This document shows, piece by piece, positions 42,201-54,121 of a stretch of DNA of 64,000 bases. Under the pieces are notes generated by a model, which worked only from the letters and a program-made list of their open reading frames with translations, had not been told where the DNA came from and did not search any database. The position numbers and the translations under genes were made by a program. The stretch is from assembly GCA_051362555.1 (NCBI GenBank), contig CM120646.1, positions 2,914,001 to 2,978,000 of the forward strand. The letters are read 5' to 3'. How positions within the stretch are numbered: position 1 is the stretch's first letter; each line of letters begins with the position of its first letter. Source of the DNA: Lingula anatina (taxonomy: Eukaryota > Animalia > Brachiopoda).

Positions 42201-44024
42201 TAAAAAAATTATTTATTTATTTATTTGCAGGTATTGGGTATGGTATGTTCATGGTGTCTACCTTCATAGCTCTATATTACAACATGGTGATAGCCTACAA
42301 CATTTTCTACCTCTTTGCTTCCTTCAACTCAGACGTACCCTGGAGGTTTTGTGGGAATGAGTGGAACACGCAAGGTAGGATGGGACGTCATCATAATAGT
42401 CCGTTGGAGACAACAGATTCATTGCTGTGGCCATCGCGGAATATAATTCTATTTTGGTTGAGTGAAACGTTACCTGTTTAAAAACAAATAAAAGAAGAAA
42501 GGAAAAGAAAGAACATTTAAGGTTCAAGATTGATTTTAACTATCGCTTGACATAAATCCATAGTTGTTCTATAATCTACAGAGACAAGATAGAATAAAAA
42601 AATGTATATATAAGTCTGATGTTTCAGTTAATTATATTTTTCTGTATTATAAATTATGTGATTATGCATTATGGAATTACAATTCCATTTTCCTACACTC
42701 TATGTAGAGAGAGAGCTTATATACTGACTTATATTTTCCAGCATGTGGGGTACTGAACAAAGCAGCAGAGAAGAACTGTACAGCTTACAATGGCACATAC
42801 TTCAATGATACATGTTACAGCATAGAGTCCCATGGCTGGGATATATACAACTACATCCAGAATGTGTCTAATCTGACGTCAGAGGAAGAACTGAAGAGGG
42901 TTAATCCCAGCGATGAGTTTTTTCAGTAGGTATTTGTTATTGGCATTTCAGTCCTGACTTGTTTCAAACATTTTATCCTCTCAAGATTATTTATGTAATT
43001 ATACTAACTTGCTTGCAATAAAAAAAGCTAAAAAAATACCAACATTTATACCTGAACCTAATTTATTCTTTGCCACTGCCGTCTTCAGACAAATCTTGTT
43101 CTTGTCCTGCGTCTGCCCTGTTTCCTCCATTTTATTCCCAACTGACCATATCCAGGTTTCCTTGGTCCTTCCTCTTTTCCTCTTGCGTGTGATGTCCACT
43201 TCACAAGTGGTGCCAACCTCATCATCCCACATAATGTCCTCTTCTCCCCCAGTGGTGACCGCCTCATCACCAGTAACAAACTAGTTATAAATATTTTCAG
43301 TAACTATGTGTTGGACATCACCGAGGGTTTCCATGACATGGGTGGAGTGCGCTGGCAGCTGGCACTGTGTCTTCTATTGGCCTGGACCATAGTGGGTCTG
43401 TGCCTTATCAAAGGAATTAAGTCTTCTGGAAAGGTAGGTACACTGGACCATAGTGGGTCTATGTCTTATCAAAGGAATTAAGCCTTCTGGAAAGGTAGGT
43501 AACCTTAGCTAGCTTTAACTGACAAATATCACATCTGGCTGAAATGAAAGAATTTCAATAACTTGTGTCTTAAAAAAATCGATGGTGAAGCAAAAAAGTG
43601 GATTAGTGGACAATTTTACCTTTTAAAACAAGTGTTAAAAACAACTGTAAGTCCAAAATTAATGCGTAATTTTAGACTAGTTGTACTCCTTTTAAGTGGG
43701 GATACAAAATAATCTAGATGCTGTAGATATTAATACATTTTTTAAAACCTAATATTAATACTTGATTGCAGGTTGCGTATTTCACAGCATTCTTTCCCTA
43801 TGTGGTGCTGCTGGTGTTGCTGATACGAGGCCTTACACTTCCGGGCTCTGTGGACGGAATTAAGTATTATGTTACGCCTCAGTGGCATCTGTTAGGGAGA
43901 GCAAAGGTGTGTGTGTGTGCGTGCACGCACACAGGCATGCATGCATTTTTGTATTGCTTATATTGTTCCCTTAAAAACTAATTTAACAATTCTGAGCAAA
44001 AAGTAGGTTTTAATTCAGAAACTG

Positions 44025-44064
<40 letters not shown>

Positions 44065-47000
44065 TTAGTAATGGACAGGTCAGTCTAGGTAAAAAAAAAA
44101 GCCTTCATATCTGGAATAAATGAAATGTTTGATATTAAAGAGTGGACAGTATAACAAATGATGTATTACATAGCATTTGACATTTCATTTCCTAGGTGTG
44201 GAGTGATGCTGCTGTCCAGATATTCTTCTCACTCTCCCCAGGATGGGGTGGTCTTATTACACTGGCCAGTTATAATAAGTTCCACAATAATTCTCTCAGG
44301 TGAGTGGTAGTTTTGGTAATATAATTGTACGTAAGCATAGAGATGCATGTGTGCACTTCTGCTAGCACACATCTTCATACCCGTAACTCTGTAAGTAAAA
44401 AGACAAACTTTTTAATTGTAAACAGTGAAAATGCATTTCTTAGATAAGTCTTTGACTTTCATTCAGTGTGAATGATTTTTCATTCAGGGATGAGGTTTTT
44501 CTGTCTAATAGAAGATTTTGAACTTTTTTTTTTGGGTTGGACAATGCAAAATACTTATCGAATTTGGACAGACTATTTCACCTAGAATGGGGTTGCAACT
44601 TAAATTTGTATAATGTGAATCACATAACTAGCATAGTTTCTATGCTACAAATTTTTGTCTTCGCCTTTAATATTTTTATCATAACATAAAAAATAATGTG
44701 TCTACAGAGTGAATAATCTGATATGGAAATGCCTGTAATGATTTTAGGGATGCTTTCATAGTTGGAATCGGTGACTGCTTAACCAGTTTCTTTGCTGGTT
44801 TTGTTATTTTTGCTGTGATTGGTTACATGGCACATGACCTTCAGGTGGACGTCACAGAGGTCGTATCCAAAGGTGAGCGTTGTGATTCCGTCATTCATGG
44901 GAATCTTTAAAAGACCTTTGGAGACATGCATAATATTATCATTTTCAAAGATCACTTTATTGAATGTATCTGTTATTTCTCTGTATGTTAAAACTAAACT
45001 GATGAACTGTATTTTCCAAAAGTGACTTTAAATTAAGTATATTCAGAAAAAGTGGGATGTTTAGAATTTAAAACTAGATTTTATTTTTGTTTTTGTTCTT
45101 GGCTGAGAACTTGTCCACCAAGTGCATACTGTATTTCTGATTTAAGTTTTAACTTACAAGTCACGAAAACTTTTTACGTTATTAGGTACTTTATTGTAAC
45201 CAAATACACCATGGAAGTGGTGATTATGTACAATACAGATCACAATCATTCACAAAATATGATAAATACAGTACCTTGACTTAATAAATAAAATTAATAA
45301 TTAAAACATATTTATTTTCTACAATTCAGGTCCAGGTCTTGCATTTATCGTATACCCTGAAGTTGTCAAACGTCTTCCGTTGTCACCATTCTGGGCCATC
45401 AGCTTCTTCCTCATGATGATCACACTGGGGATGGGAACACAGGTAATACACTGATATTTTGATGGAAGTTCATCTGTGTAGTTTTTTGATTATGTTATGA
45501 GTTTAAACTGTTCAATTTTTACACTAACTTGAGCTTTACCTTACAAAACTTTCAATAACTACTGTGACATACCGTGTAGGTTAACATTTTCATATGTCTC
45601 TCTTTATAGACTCTTTTTAAATTATTCTTTCCCCACTGAGGTCCACAGGCTGTAAAAAGCTTTAGGAAAAAATATTTTTGTTCGCGAACTTTATAAAGCG
45701 ACCAATGAGATTTTTAATTTTCAGAAGTTCTTAATTTATATAACTCTGAAGAAAGGAAATTGAGGGGAAAATAAAGTGGAATGACTCAAAATATTATATT
45801 TATTTGAATGAGTTAGAGGAAGCTTTTTTTTTTTTTTTTTTTTTTTGTAGTTTGCCACAGTGAATACAATGCACACCACTCTCTTGGACTTGTTCCCAGA
45901 GAAACTGAGGAAAGGACACAGACCAACCATAACTCTGTCAGTCATTTGTGGAGTGATGTATTTACTGGGACTCACCATGACTTCTAAGGTAGGTTACAAG
46001 TGCTGATATAAACCTACTAGTTCTATAACTCATACGTTGAGTCATTCATTGTCTCTTTTCAGTTTCTGTATTGTGTCTTTCTCAGTGTCTAGTTATATAA
46101 TAATAATAAAAATAATACTATTTGTTCCAGGGTGGTCTTTACATGCTGACACTAATGGACAACTATGCTGGAACGTACTCCTTGCTGTTTATTGTGATAG
46201 CTGAATGTCTGGCACTGTCCTGGAGTTACGGTAAGGAGATGTATCTGGAGCAGTTTAGCAATGATTCACAAGAAAGAGATTTTTTTTAATTGGCTTAGAG
46301 ATCCCAGAAAGGCTTCATTGAACCTTTTTATCCTTCATTTTTATGATTGTTACATACCTTTCAATGGCTTTGCATTTTATAAAAAGAATGCTAAATTCAT
46401 TTTACTCAAGATGATTTAAATCACAGCTCCCCCAGCTTCCCCCTGAAAGACATCGTCACCAGTTTTGGGAAGCTGAGATTCAAAACAATATATTTTTTAA
46501 AGAACAACAACAACAAAAAAAGGTTATATCTACCTTAGGCTTCGTTCACATGCAATGTCTATTTTCTATTTTCTATTTTCGGTATGTCTTATGATCACGG
46601 TCTGTGCACTGAATATCCCGCCGCGTAATTACTGGCAGCGCGAGCCAGTTACTTATAGTAACTTATAGTAACTGGCTCGCGCTGCCAGTAATTACGCCGC
46701 GGGATATTCAGTGCACAGACCGTGATCATAAGACATACCGAAAATAGAAAATAGAAAATAGAAAATAGACATTGCATGTGAACGAAGCCTTATTCATGCT
46801 GTTTCCTGTCTTTTTTAGGTTCTGATCGATTCCTAAAGAACATCAGTCAAATGATTGGGCGACATCCTGGTATATATTGGAAATATTTGTGGCAGTACAT
46901 AACACCCTGTGTATTACTGGTAAGATTCTTCATATCATCCTGGTATATACTGGAAATATTTGTGGCAGTACATAACACCCTGTGTATTACTGGTAAGATT

Positions 47001-47966
47001 CTTCATATCATCCAGTACAAATGAGTTTTTAGTCTGTGTAATTAGAGAAACTGGGAATATTGTTATAACTTTCTTCACATTTTTATTTAATTTTAGATAT
47101 TATTACAATGCATTCACTACTTAAATGGTCACATAATATCACTCTTTTGTTCTGAAACATCTTTAAAGAAATTGTGTTATATTTCTTTTTACATATGGTT
47201 CTGCTTGAAATCACTGTAGCAGTGCAAATAGAAAAATGAAAAATGAGCGACTTTTTTTTGTGCAGACAGTGGTATTTTTTATCTCATATGAGGTCATTTG
47301 CAGAATTAGGATGAAAAAAAAAATAAAAGCACATTTTCTACTATTTTCCCTTCAGTTCATCATGTTCTTCACGTGGTACGACTTCACTCCGTCCTCGTAT
47401 CGTGATTATGTGTTCCCCGTTTGGGCAGATGTCCTCGGCTGGATGGTGTCCTTGACCTCCCCCCTCATGATACCTATTGTTGCCACGGTGATGATCATAA
47501 CGGCACGCAGGGACCAAAGATATCAACATATGACTCTGTGGCAGGTATGGTTCAGTTACGCTTTCGATTTTTTCTTTACCCATGATTTTGTATAATAATG
47601 ATGATAAATCGGGAGTGTTGAATGATTCTCAGAGATTTTTCGAATTTTTTTAAAGAGACCATTTATGGGTCAGAAACCTCATTTAAAAAAGTTGGTTACA
47701 CATCCAGTTGAAAGTTTTAAAAGGCACATAGTTTTATGAACTAGTTACAACACGAGTCATCCTATGCATGCAATATACAGAAGCGTAAGTATATCAGGAT
47801 GCAGTTGAGATATAATTTGCCTGTTGCATGTTGCATACAGTGGATTGATGACGAGTAGTTGTAATTGACTTATATCACGGCTGGCACTTCAAACAATAAG
47901 ATGAAAATAGAGGCAAGCCTGTATGTGAAATACAAGTGCAATTATCTTATTGTTTGAAGCACTAGC

Positions 47967-48026
<60 letters not shown>

Positions 48027-48260
48027 CTCTGTATTTGGTAATGTTTCTTTCAGATCATCAAAATGCTGACGAGGCCTACAGAAGCCTGGGGTCCTGCCTT
48101 GGAGGTTCACCGACGAGAGGCAGCGGAGAGCAGCACCCGTATGGTTCCTATGGTCGACATGAGCACCATGAACACAAATAACACTGTCGAGAAAAATAAT
48201 TACAAGAACGAGGAATCTGACGCCAAAGAACCACTCACAAATGGAGCGGTTGATGCGTAG
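35915..48260 (+). CDS. SLC6 Na+-coupled amino-acid transporter, glycine transporter (GlyT1/GlyT2)-like
   Basis: Probable first exon 35915-35941 (MTEELTYAP; duplicate at 36103-36129). Then 40810-40993, 41302-41433, 42231-42374, 42742-42925, 43301-43433, 43772-43906, 44196-44299, 44748-44872, 45330-45442, 45851-45988, 46131-46230, 46819-46919, 47356-47544, 48054-48260 (TAG). Motifs: [60 protein letters not shown] (Trp typical of glycine transporters), [11 protein letters not shown]. The first exon is less certain than the rest. Confidence 0.92.
37265..37591. mobile_element. Kolobok-like TTAA MITE copy
   Basis: TTAA|AGTGATAATAAC...GTTATTATCCCT|TTAA; very similar to 32681-33015. Confidence 0.85.
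37640..37860 (+). mobile_element. Possible highly degenerate CR1 LINE 3' fragment
   Basis: AAAGGAGATTTAGTCGAGGTCTTCAAA reads KGDLVEVFK, resembling the CR1 RGDLIEVFK motif, with a downstream WN; otherwise decayed. Confidence 0.3.
40347..40512. mobile_element. hAT-like MITE with 5-bp TSD
   Basis: CAGAT|CAGGGGCGTAACCAG...CTGGTTACGCCCCTG|CAGAT; perfect 15-bp TIRs. Internal direct repeat CTGTGCGTACAATTTT. Confidence 0.85.
43075..43280 (-). mobile_element. RTE-clade LINE 3' fragment
   Basis: Frameshifted minus-strand translation LVKWTSH / [25 protein letters not shown] resembles the RTE C-terminal W.P.GKRKRGRPK.TW motif. Confidence 0.6.
43382..43501 (+). repeat. 61-bp tandem duplication of an SLC6 exon 3' end plus donor
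   Basis: CTGGACCATAGTGGGTCT...GGAAAG|GTAGGTA at 43382 and 43443. Confidence 0.92.
44027..44063. repeat. (GT)n microsatellite
   Basis: Directly visible. Confidence 0.95.
46538..46789. mobile_element. PIF/Harbinger-like foldback MITE, copy 2
   Basis: TTA|GGCTTCGTTCACATGCAATG...CATTGCATGTGAACGAAGCC|TTA; perfect 3-bp TSD and almost fully self-complementary. Confidence 0.9.
46863..47013 (+). repeat. 73-bp tandem duplication of an SLC6 exon 3' end plus donor
   Basis: CATCCTGGTATATA...TTACTG|GTAAGATTCTTCATAT at 46863 and 46936. Confidence 0.92.
47971..48022. repeat. (AT)n microsatellite
   Basis: Directly visible. Confidence 0.95.
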
Positions 48261-50748
48261 GAACAGTGATCAATTTCAGTTCTGATACTGTGCAGTAAGC
48301 CTCCAAAGTCTGTAACATTCATAGTCAGTGCCTCATATCAGTACACTCGGGGTCTCTGAAAAATGACTGCTGTGCTCAGTAGAAAATTTTAGAAGATGTG
48401 TGAAGGGTACATTTAATTACTTTGATATGGTTTTCAGATAACATCTAAGTTTGTAAGAGGCATATTGGAGAATGACTTGGTTTTAGTCGATGATTCAAGA
48501 AACCAGCAAAGGAAATTAAAAAACATGTTAAGTTATGGTTTTCTGCGAGATGTAAATTGATGCAACCAAGATTATTTATTTAATGTTAAATGTGTAAATT
48601 TATTGACTGTTATATTCAGCTGAAGGCTGTGCATTTTCTATGTTCCTGAATCCAAGATTCTGGTGGACGATTTATAAAATTACTTGCAGAGTCATTAGTA
48701 TATAATGTCCCCACCTTCTTATTGAAGGAGAGGAAATTTTTGGAGTAAATCATGTTTGTTTAGCAAATAATATTCCTCCACATTTTTTTTTTGATGTGTA
48801 AATGTGTGTAAAATATAGAGGTATAATATTGCTGAAGGGTACATTAGAATATTTTGAATGTTTTAGTAGAATTGGAAGAAATGGAAATATTAGAATCTCA
48901 GTGATGAACAAAAAGTGATAGCTGCTCAGTTTCAGGTTTATATTTTTAATTGGAAACATTTTTTTTTTTGTGTGTGTGTGTGTGTTTGAAATAATTCTGT
49001 TTGTTGGAAAATGGCAACTTGTCCAACCTGTTAAAGTGAAGTGAGCATTAACATGTTTTCATGTAAAAGTAATTTCACGTGTACATATAACGTATGCGTG
49101 TGCATTGTAGATTCATGTCTTATTGTACATAATTATTTCTAAGTGTTATCAGCATGTTCTATATTATTCACACCTAGAGACTCTTTTATGTGCAAATTCT
49201 TTTAGTTATACTTGTTTTTACCAAATGTATTTCTTGGTATACAGAGCCAGTGCTTTTTTTATTTACAAGGAGTTTCAAGGATTTATATTTATATTTGATT
49301 TATATCTGTTATGCTTTAGGAAGTGGAGAAGCATTCTAACATTTTCTCTTGAAATTGATGCATCAGAGGTATCAAAATTGCTTTGATGACTATTTATTCA
49401 CTTGTTTTATTGGTTTATTTATATCTTTATCTTTTGTAGCTACTGGAGTAAAACAAAAAGCTTGTTTTTATGTTGTGTACAGCACAGAAAAAATATGAAT
49501 CATCATATACAGTTGTATGTGTGATTATTATTATTATTATTATTATTACATAATTGCACATTAGAACATGCTAATTGTCATTAGGAGTAAATAAAGAAAA
49601 TGTATGGTGTACTGTGCATGCCTATGCCTTAATTAAACTAACTAAAGTGTTTGTTTGGAGGATAAGTTATATACATGTGCATGTAGATCATTAAAAAATA
49701 TATTTGTGGCCATGTAAGGTTGTAATGTCTTCGTGTATGAAGGAAGAGGGACCCAAAGTGAGTCCCACAGCACAAAACATTACTACCCAGTAGATATTAG
49801 ATGCACTTTCAGCATTAATAGGTATCAGCTTCTTAATGTTATTGATGTATTATTTGATTTATGTCTCACTGTGTGCCATAACACAGTAGTACATGTATAT
49901 TTCAATATACATCTTATTTTTGTAAGAGCTCCATCTCGAAACCATCAAGTGTTTTCTGGAGTATTGTTACATGTGGTCTTTAAAAAGTGAGATGTTAATT
50001 TTATGGAATGAAATTTCTTAATATGGTGCTAAAATGATTCCCAGTTGTGCATTCAGACGAAGTATAATCTGGAATATCTTGAATCCAGTCTCAGCCACCA
50101 CAAACTTTTGAACTGGTAATTCTGTAGTCTTCCACCAAGCAACAGGTTTATGTAGATCATTTTTCTGATATTTTTATATATTTGCCATTCACATAGGATA
50201 TTTGCTGAATTGATTTTTTTAAAGTTTATTAATTAATTATCTTCTTTTTGCAGAGGAAGGTACCAGGTGATTTTAATTTAATAATGGATTTTTAAATATC
50301 TTGAAATTTTAAAGTAAAAGTAGTTAGGTTTTTTTGGTGAGGGTCTTATGGACTGACCCTATTTTGCCCAATCTGAATACCTTATGAGACGAACAACTGT
50401 ATCATTACTGTAACATACAATTGACTGTTTTAGCTAATAAACACGGTATATACTTAATATAACACTGAATAAATCTTGTTATGTAACAGTAATGTTGGCG
50501 TTCATGTTGGACTGATAAAAGATACATCAAACAGAATTTTTTGTAAAAGCGTGAATTGTTATTGGAGATTTTTTTTTTTTTTTTATTTTTTTTTTTTTTT
50601 GTATCATTTGCGTAAAACAAAAATAAGGCAATGTTTATGTTACTGTTAATTTTTTTGTACCAATTGCGTAAAACAGAAAAATAAGGCAATGTTTATATTA
50701 CTGTTAATTCCATCGTTGAAAGTAACTTAGTTTGATGTGGGCTTACAG

Positions 50749-53700
50749 CTATGGTTGCATCTCGTCTTGTGAGTGTTTCAGCGCCTCCTGGTACGAAGGC
50801 GGTGGTGCTGAGTAATCGTAAGGTGGAGGGGGTTGCCCAAGCGTAAACACGGGGTTCACGATGACGCTTTCGGAGACGTGGTTGTTTTCCGTCGGCAGGT
50901 TATTGGATGAATCCATTTCCCTAATGTTGCCTTAAAATAAAACAAAAAGAAATGAGCCGAAACCGCAGACAACGTCGGTAGAAATGGTATGTGAGGTTAC
51001 TTGTGACGTCACAATATATTCGGTGACGTAAAAGGCGCCAGAGAGCTACAGAGACTGTCGGCACAACCGCTCTTCCATCATATCGGCTGTCAAATGAATG
51101 AAGGTAAGGACGATATAGGAATGGAGGGAAAGCAGACAAAAAAAAAAAAGATAGTGTGACTAAAAACTTTTGCAAATTAAATAATAATAATAATAATTAT
51201 GGTAAAAATAATGATAAATGCCCAGGGCTCCGTAACTCGAAAGCATCGCGAACTGCGACCGAGCGCAAACATGGAGATTCGCCTCTATTCCACAACTCGG
51301 GATTTACTCGCCCCATATAATAGCCTCGAAATAAAAGGTGATATCGCTATCGCTATTTGCGATGCTTTCGAGTTACGGAGCCCAGAACTATTTTTTTCTC
51401 ACCTTTAAAACGATGGACACAGGTATAGACCAGAGCCATAGTGGCAGTTACCGCTGTTAGTGTCCCAAGAATCAGACCGACTATAAGGTTTACATTCAAT
51501 GTTCTTTTTTCACCTAAAATAAGAAAATAACACGTAGTACTACTCGCACACGTAATCTGAGGTTGAAAGCGATATCTTAATCTTAATGAAATCATATTAA
51601 ATCATGTGAATCACCATTTAATCATTTAGAAATAATAAAATAAAATGTAGCCCTACTCGAACTTGTAAGCCGAATGAGTACGATATTTTAATTTTTATTA
51701 AATAATTTCAAACCATTAAATCAACATACGTCATCATGCTGGATCTACTCACCGGTGTTCCCCACTGTCCCCGGGGCTTGGTTTGTGTTTGTGACGTTAA
51801 AAGTAAAATCGTAGCTCGAGGAACGAAAGCGAACTAGACGTACGGTCAGGAAGTCGCTGGTCGTCAAAAAGGCGTCGGGGGCTTCATTAAAGCACGAAAG
51901 GGTTTTCTGAATATGTAAAGAAAAGACGGGTGGAGGATATACAGCAGAATCAATTTTGAGGCAAAAAGAAAAAAGAAAAAGAAACATATTTTGCAGATTC
52001 TTGTCGAAGTCATTTTCCCTCAGGCCTTTCTTTTATTTCGAACGCGATGGTGAGCGAATTCAACTGTCGCATTCGACGAGAAAACTGCGGTTAAAAGCAA
52101 TGATGCCAAGCTAAGTCGATTAACTTTTGGAAAAAAACATAGCTTTTCTGTTGGAGGAAAATGTAAAGCTGAGTTAAGTCATTTCGGGGGAAAAATCATT
52201 TAGGCCGACAATGTTCGACAAAAATATATATAGTCTGTCATACCTCTGACGAATTTTTTTATTTATCGCGTAATACAGAAAATGGTCGGACCATAATGTA
52301 TAAAAATCGAAAATCTAGATAAAGATACTTTTTTGACAAAAGGCAAAACCTACCGAAGAAACTCCTTCTGCATGTTTTCCATCGTACAATGTGAGTTGGC
52401 TGTCGCATGACGTCATGTTGAAATTCCTAAACGTCACCTTCAGCGCAGTGTATGCGGCGGCCTCGTACACCACCGTGCATATAGAGGGCGCTTCAGGAGG
52501 AGCCGGTCTGGAGGTGTTCCCCCATGCTTTAACGATCTCAGTATCTTGGAGGAATACTACGTACTGCTGACCACAGTCGTTGGCATAATTGTCCATATAC
52601 CTCTGGTATACTGTAATGAAAGTGTGGAATACAGTGCAGTACAGAAATGATTGTGAAATATGCGTAAAATTTGCCAAGTGTCTGGAACATCATTGACCGT
52701 CAGACAAGGTGGTTAGTCGTAACCCATTGTGGTATAATTGTTTTACCTTGCGACAGCCTTGAATGCTCGCCCACCCCACCCCTTCGCTTCACACTCCGAC
52801 CCTCAACGAAATCTCATTTATTATGGACAGCCTTATGTATAATAGACAAGAGCGAGTAAAATCTAAAAAAAGTAAGAATAAATAACCTGACGCTTACCTG
52901 AAAGCAGCACCTGTTGAACATGGAATGTTATCCGTGCGCCCGGGTAACTCAGTTTGTCTCCTTTGATTTGCAGCCAGACCGTTAAGTAAGCCCCGGAGGA
53001 GAAGATGGGCGGCAGACTCTTCGAGTTCACACCACAAGAGAAATGTTTCTGCAAGAGAGGAAGCTATTTGAAGAGATGTTATCATTATGACGTCACAATG
53101 TCTTCACGATGTCATAATGACGTAGATATGACTTAGCGTGCCAGATGATCTAAGGTCATACACTGTTGGACTGTCTTGTTGCTGAACGTAATCATTTGCA
53201 TCTTTGCAGATAATAAATTGATCAACACCTTCAATAAACAGCGAAAAGAAATGAAATGGCGAATTTATTTTCATTACCATTCTACAGTGAATGTTGAAAG
53301 AAAAACGGAGGTAATTTGAAGATGTTCCAGAAATACGAAAGTTGATCAATGGTCGGCCTGTTCTGGCAACAAATAATCCATTTCGTGTTCCATAAAAAGG
53401 TATTATGCCCCAAAGTCTAATTTTTGTGTCTAAATGTCATGCATGTCTAAATGAATTATGGCCAGGTCATTAAGAACCAAGTTAATTAAAAGTGGCAAAA
53501 AAAAAAAAAAAAACATCGAATCCAACTGCAGTTGGTCAATGGTTCCCGGGAAGGATAAAACTCCCTTGTTTGAGGAAATTAAATACGGTGCGAAAATCCG
53601 CAAAAGAATACAGTGTGCCTTTTACTTACGACAACAACTCTCTCTACTTACAATCATTTCGCTGTCGATATGGTCTTCCCGTAATACAGATCCATTCAGG

Positions 53701-54007
53701 AAGCCGAGGGAAATGTTGCACGATTCATCTGCCGAGTTCATCGATGGTATATTTATTTCTGAGAACGAAACCTTCAGCGGCACCCCAGATGTTGTCTTGA
53801 AAATTATATAACATGAATTTGAAGGTAAAGTGTTTGAGTGTTCTCCAAATTTGACCGTGTGGTTTTGGTGACTGTCCACAAGTTGTTTGCTGCCGCAGTA
53901 AATGTTCGGACCGTCCAAGTGGTAGGTTTTACCTGAAACTACGTAATTATTTAGATTCAGACAAGATTCTAAATATGAGTGTTTGTTTTTATTGTAGTAA
54001 GTGATAC

Positions 54008-54059
<52 letters not shown>

Positions 54060-54121
54060 AACTTACCCTCAACAGCGGAATTTATAATTACAATCCACCA
54101 TATGTGAAGAGTAGGAGACAT
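50749..54121 (-). CDS. Type I membrane protein (396 aa): signal peptide, two divergent CUB-like domains, one TM helix, cytoplasmic NPVF and two PY motifs
   Basis: Exons 54121-54067, 53932-53652, 53048-52898, 52610-52354, 51906-51753, 51513-51403, 50930-50749; phase-consistent, 1191 nt. CUB-like patterns LKVSFSEINI..SCG..IFSSGAYLTVWL and LKVTFRNFNMTSCDSQLTLYDG..FLTTSDFLTVRL. TM segment LIVGLILGTLTAVTATMALVYTCV. Tail contains PPPPY and PPPSY. Confidence 0.8.
51226..51382. mobile_element. Harbinger-like MITE with CAG TSD
   Basis: CAG|GGCTCCGTAACTCGAAAGCATCGC...GCGATGCTTTCGAGTTACGGAGCC|CAG; perfect 24-bp TIRs. Confidence 0.85.
54011..54056. repeat. (GA)n microsatellite
   Basis: Directly visible. 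Confidence 0.95.

Noticed and set aside
50608-50709. About 57-bp direct repeat in the CUB-like gene 3' region
   Set aside because: An ordinary local duplication in AT-rich sequence with no further structure.
53624-53651. Two GTAAGT donors 22 nt apart in the CUB-like gene
   Set aside because: Only the exon end at 53652 keeps frame with the next exon; no evidence the other donor is used.
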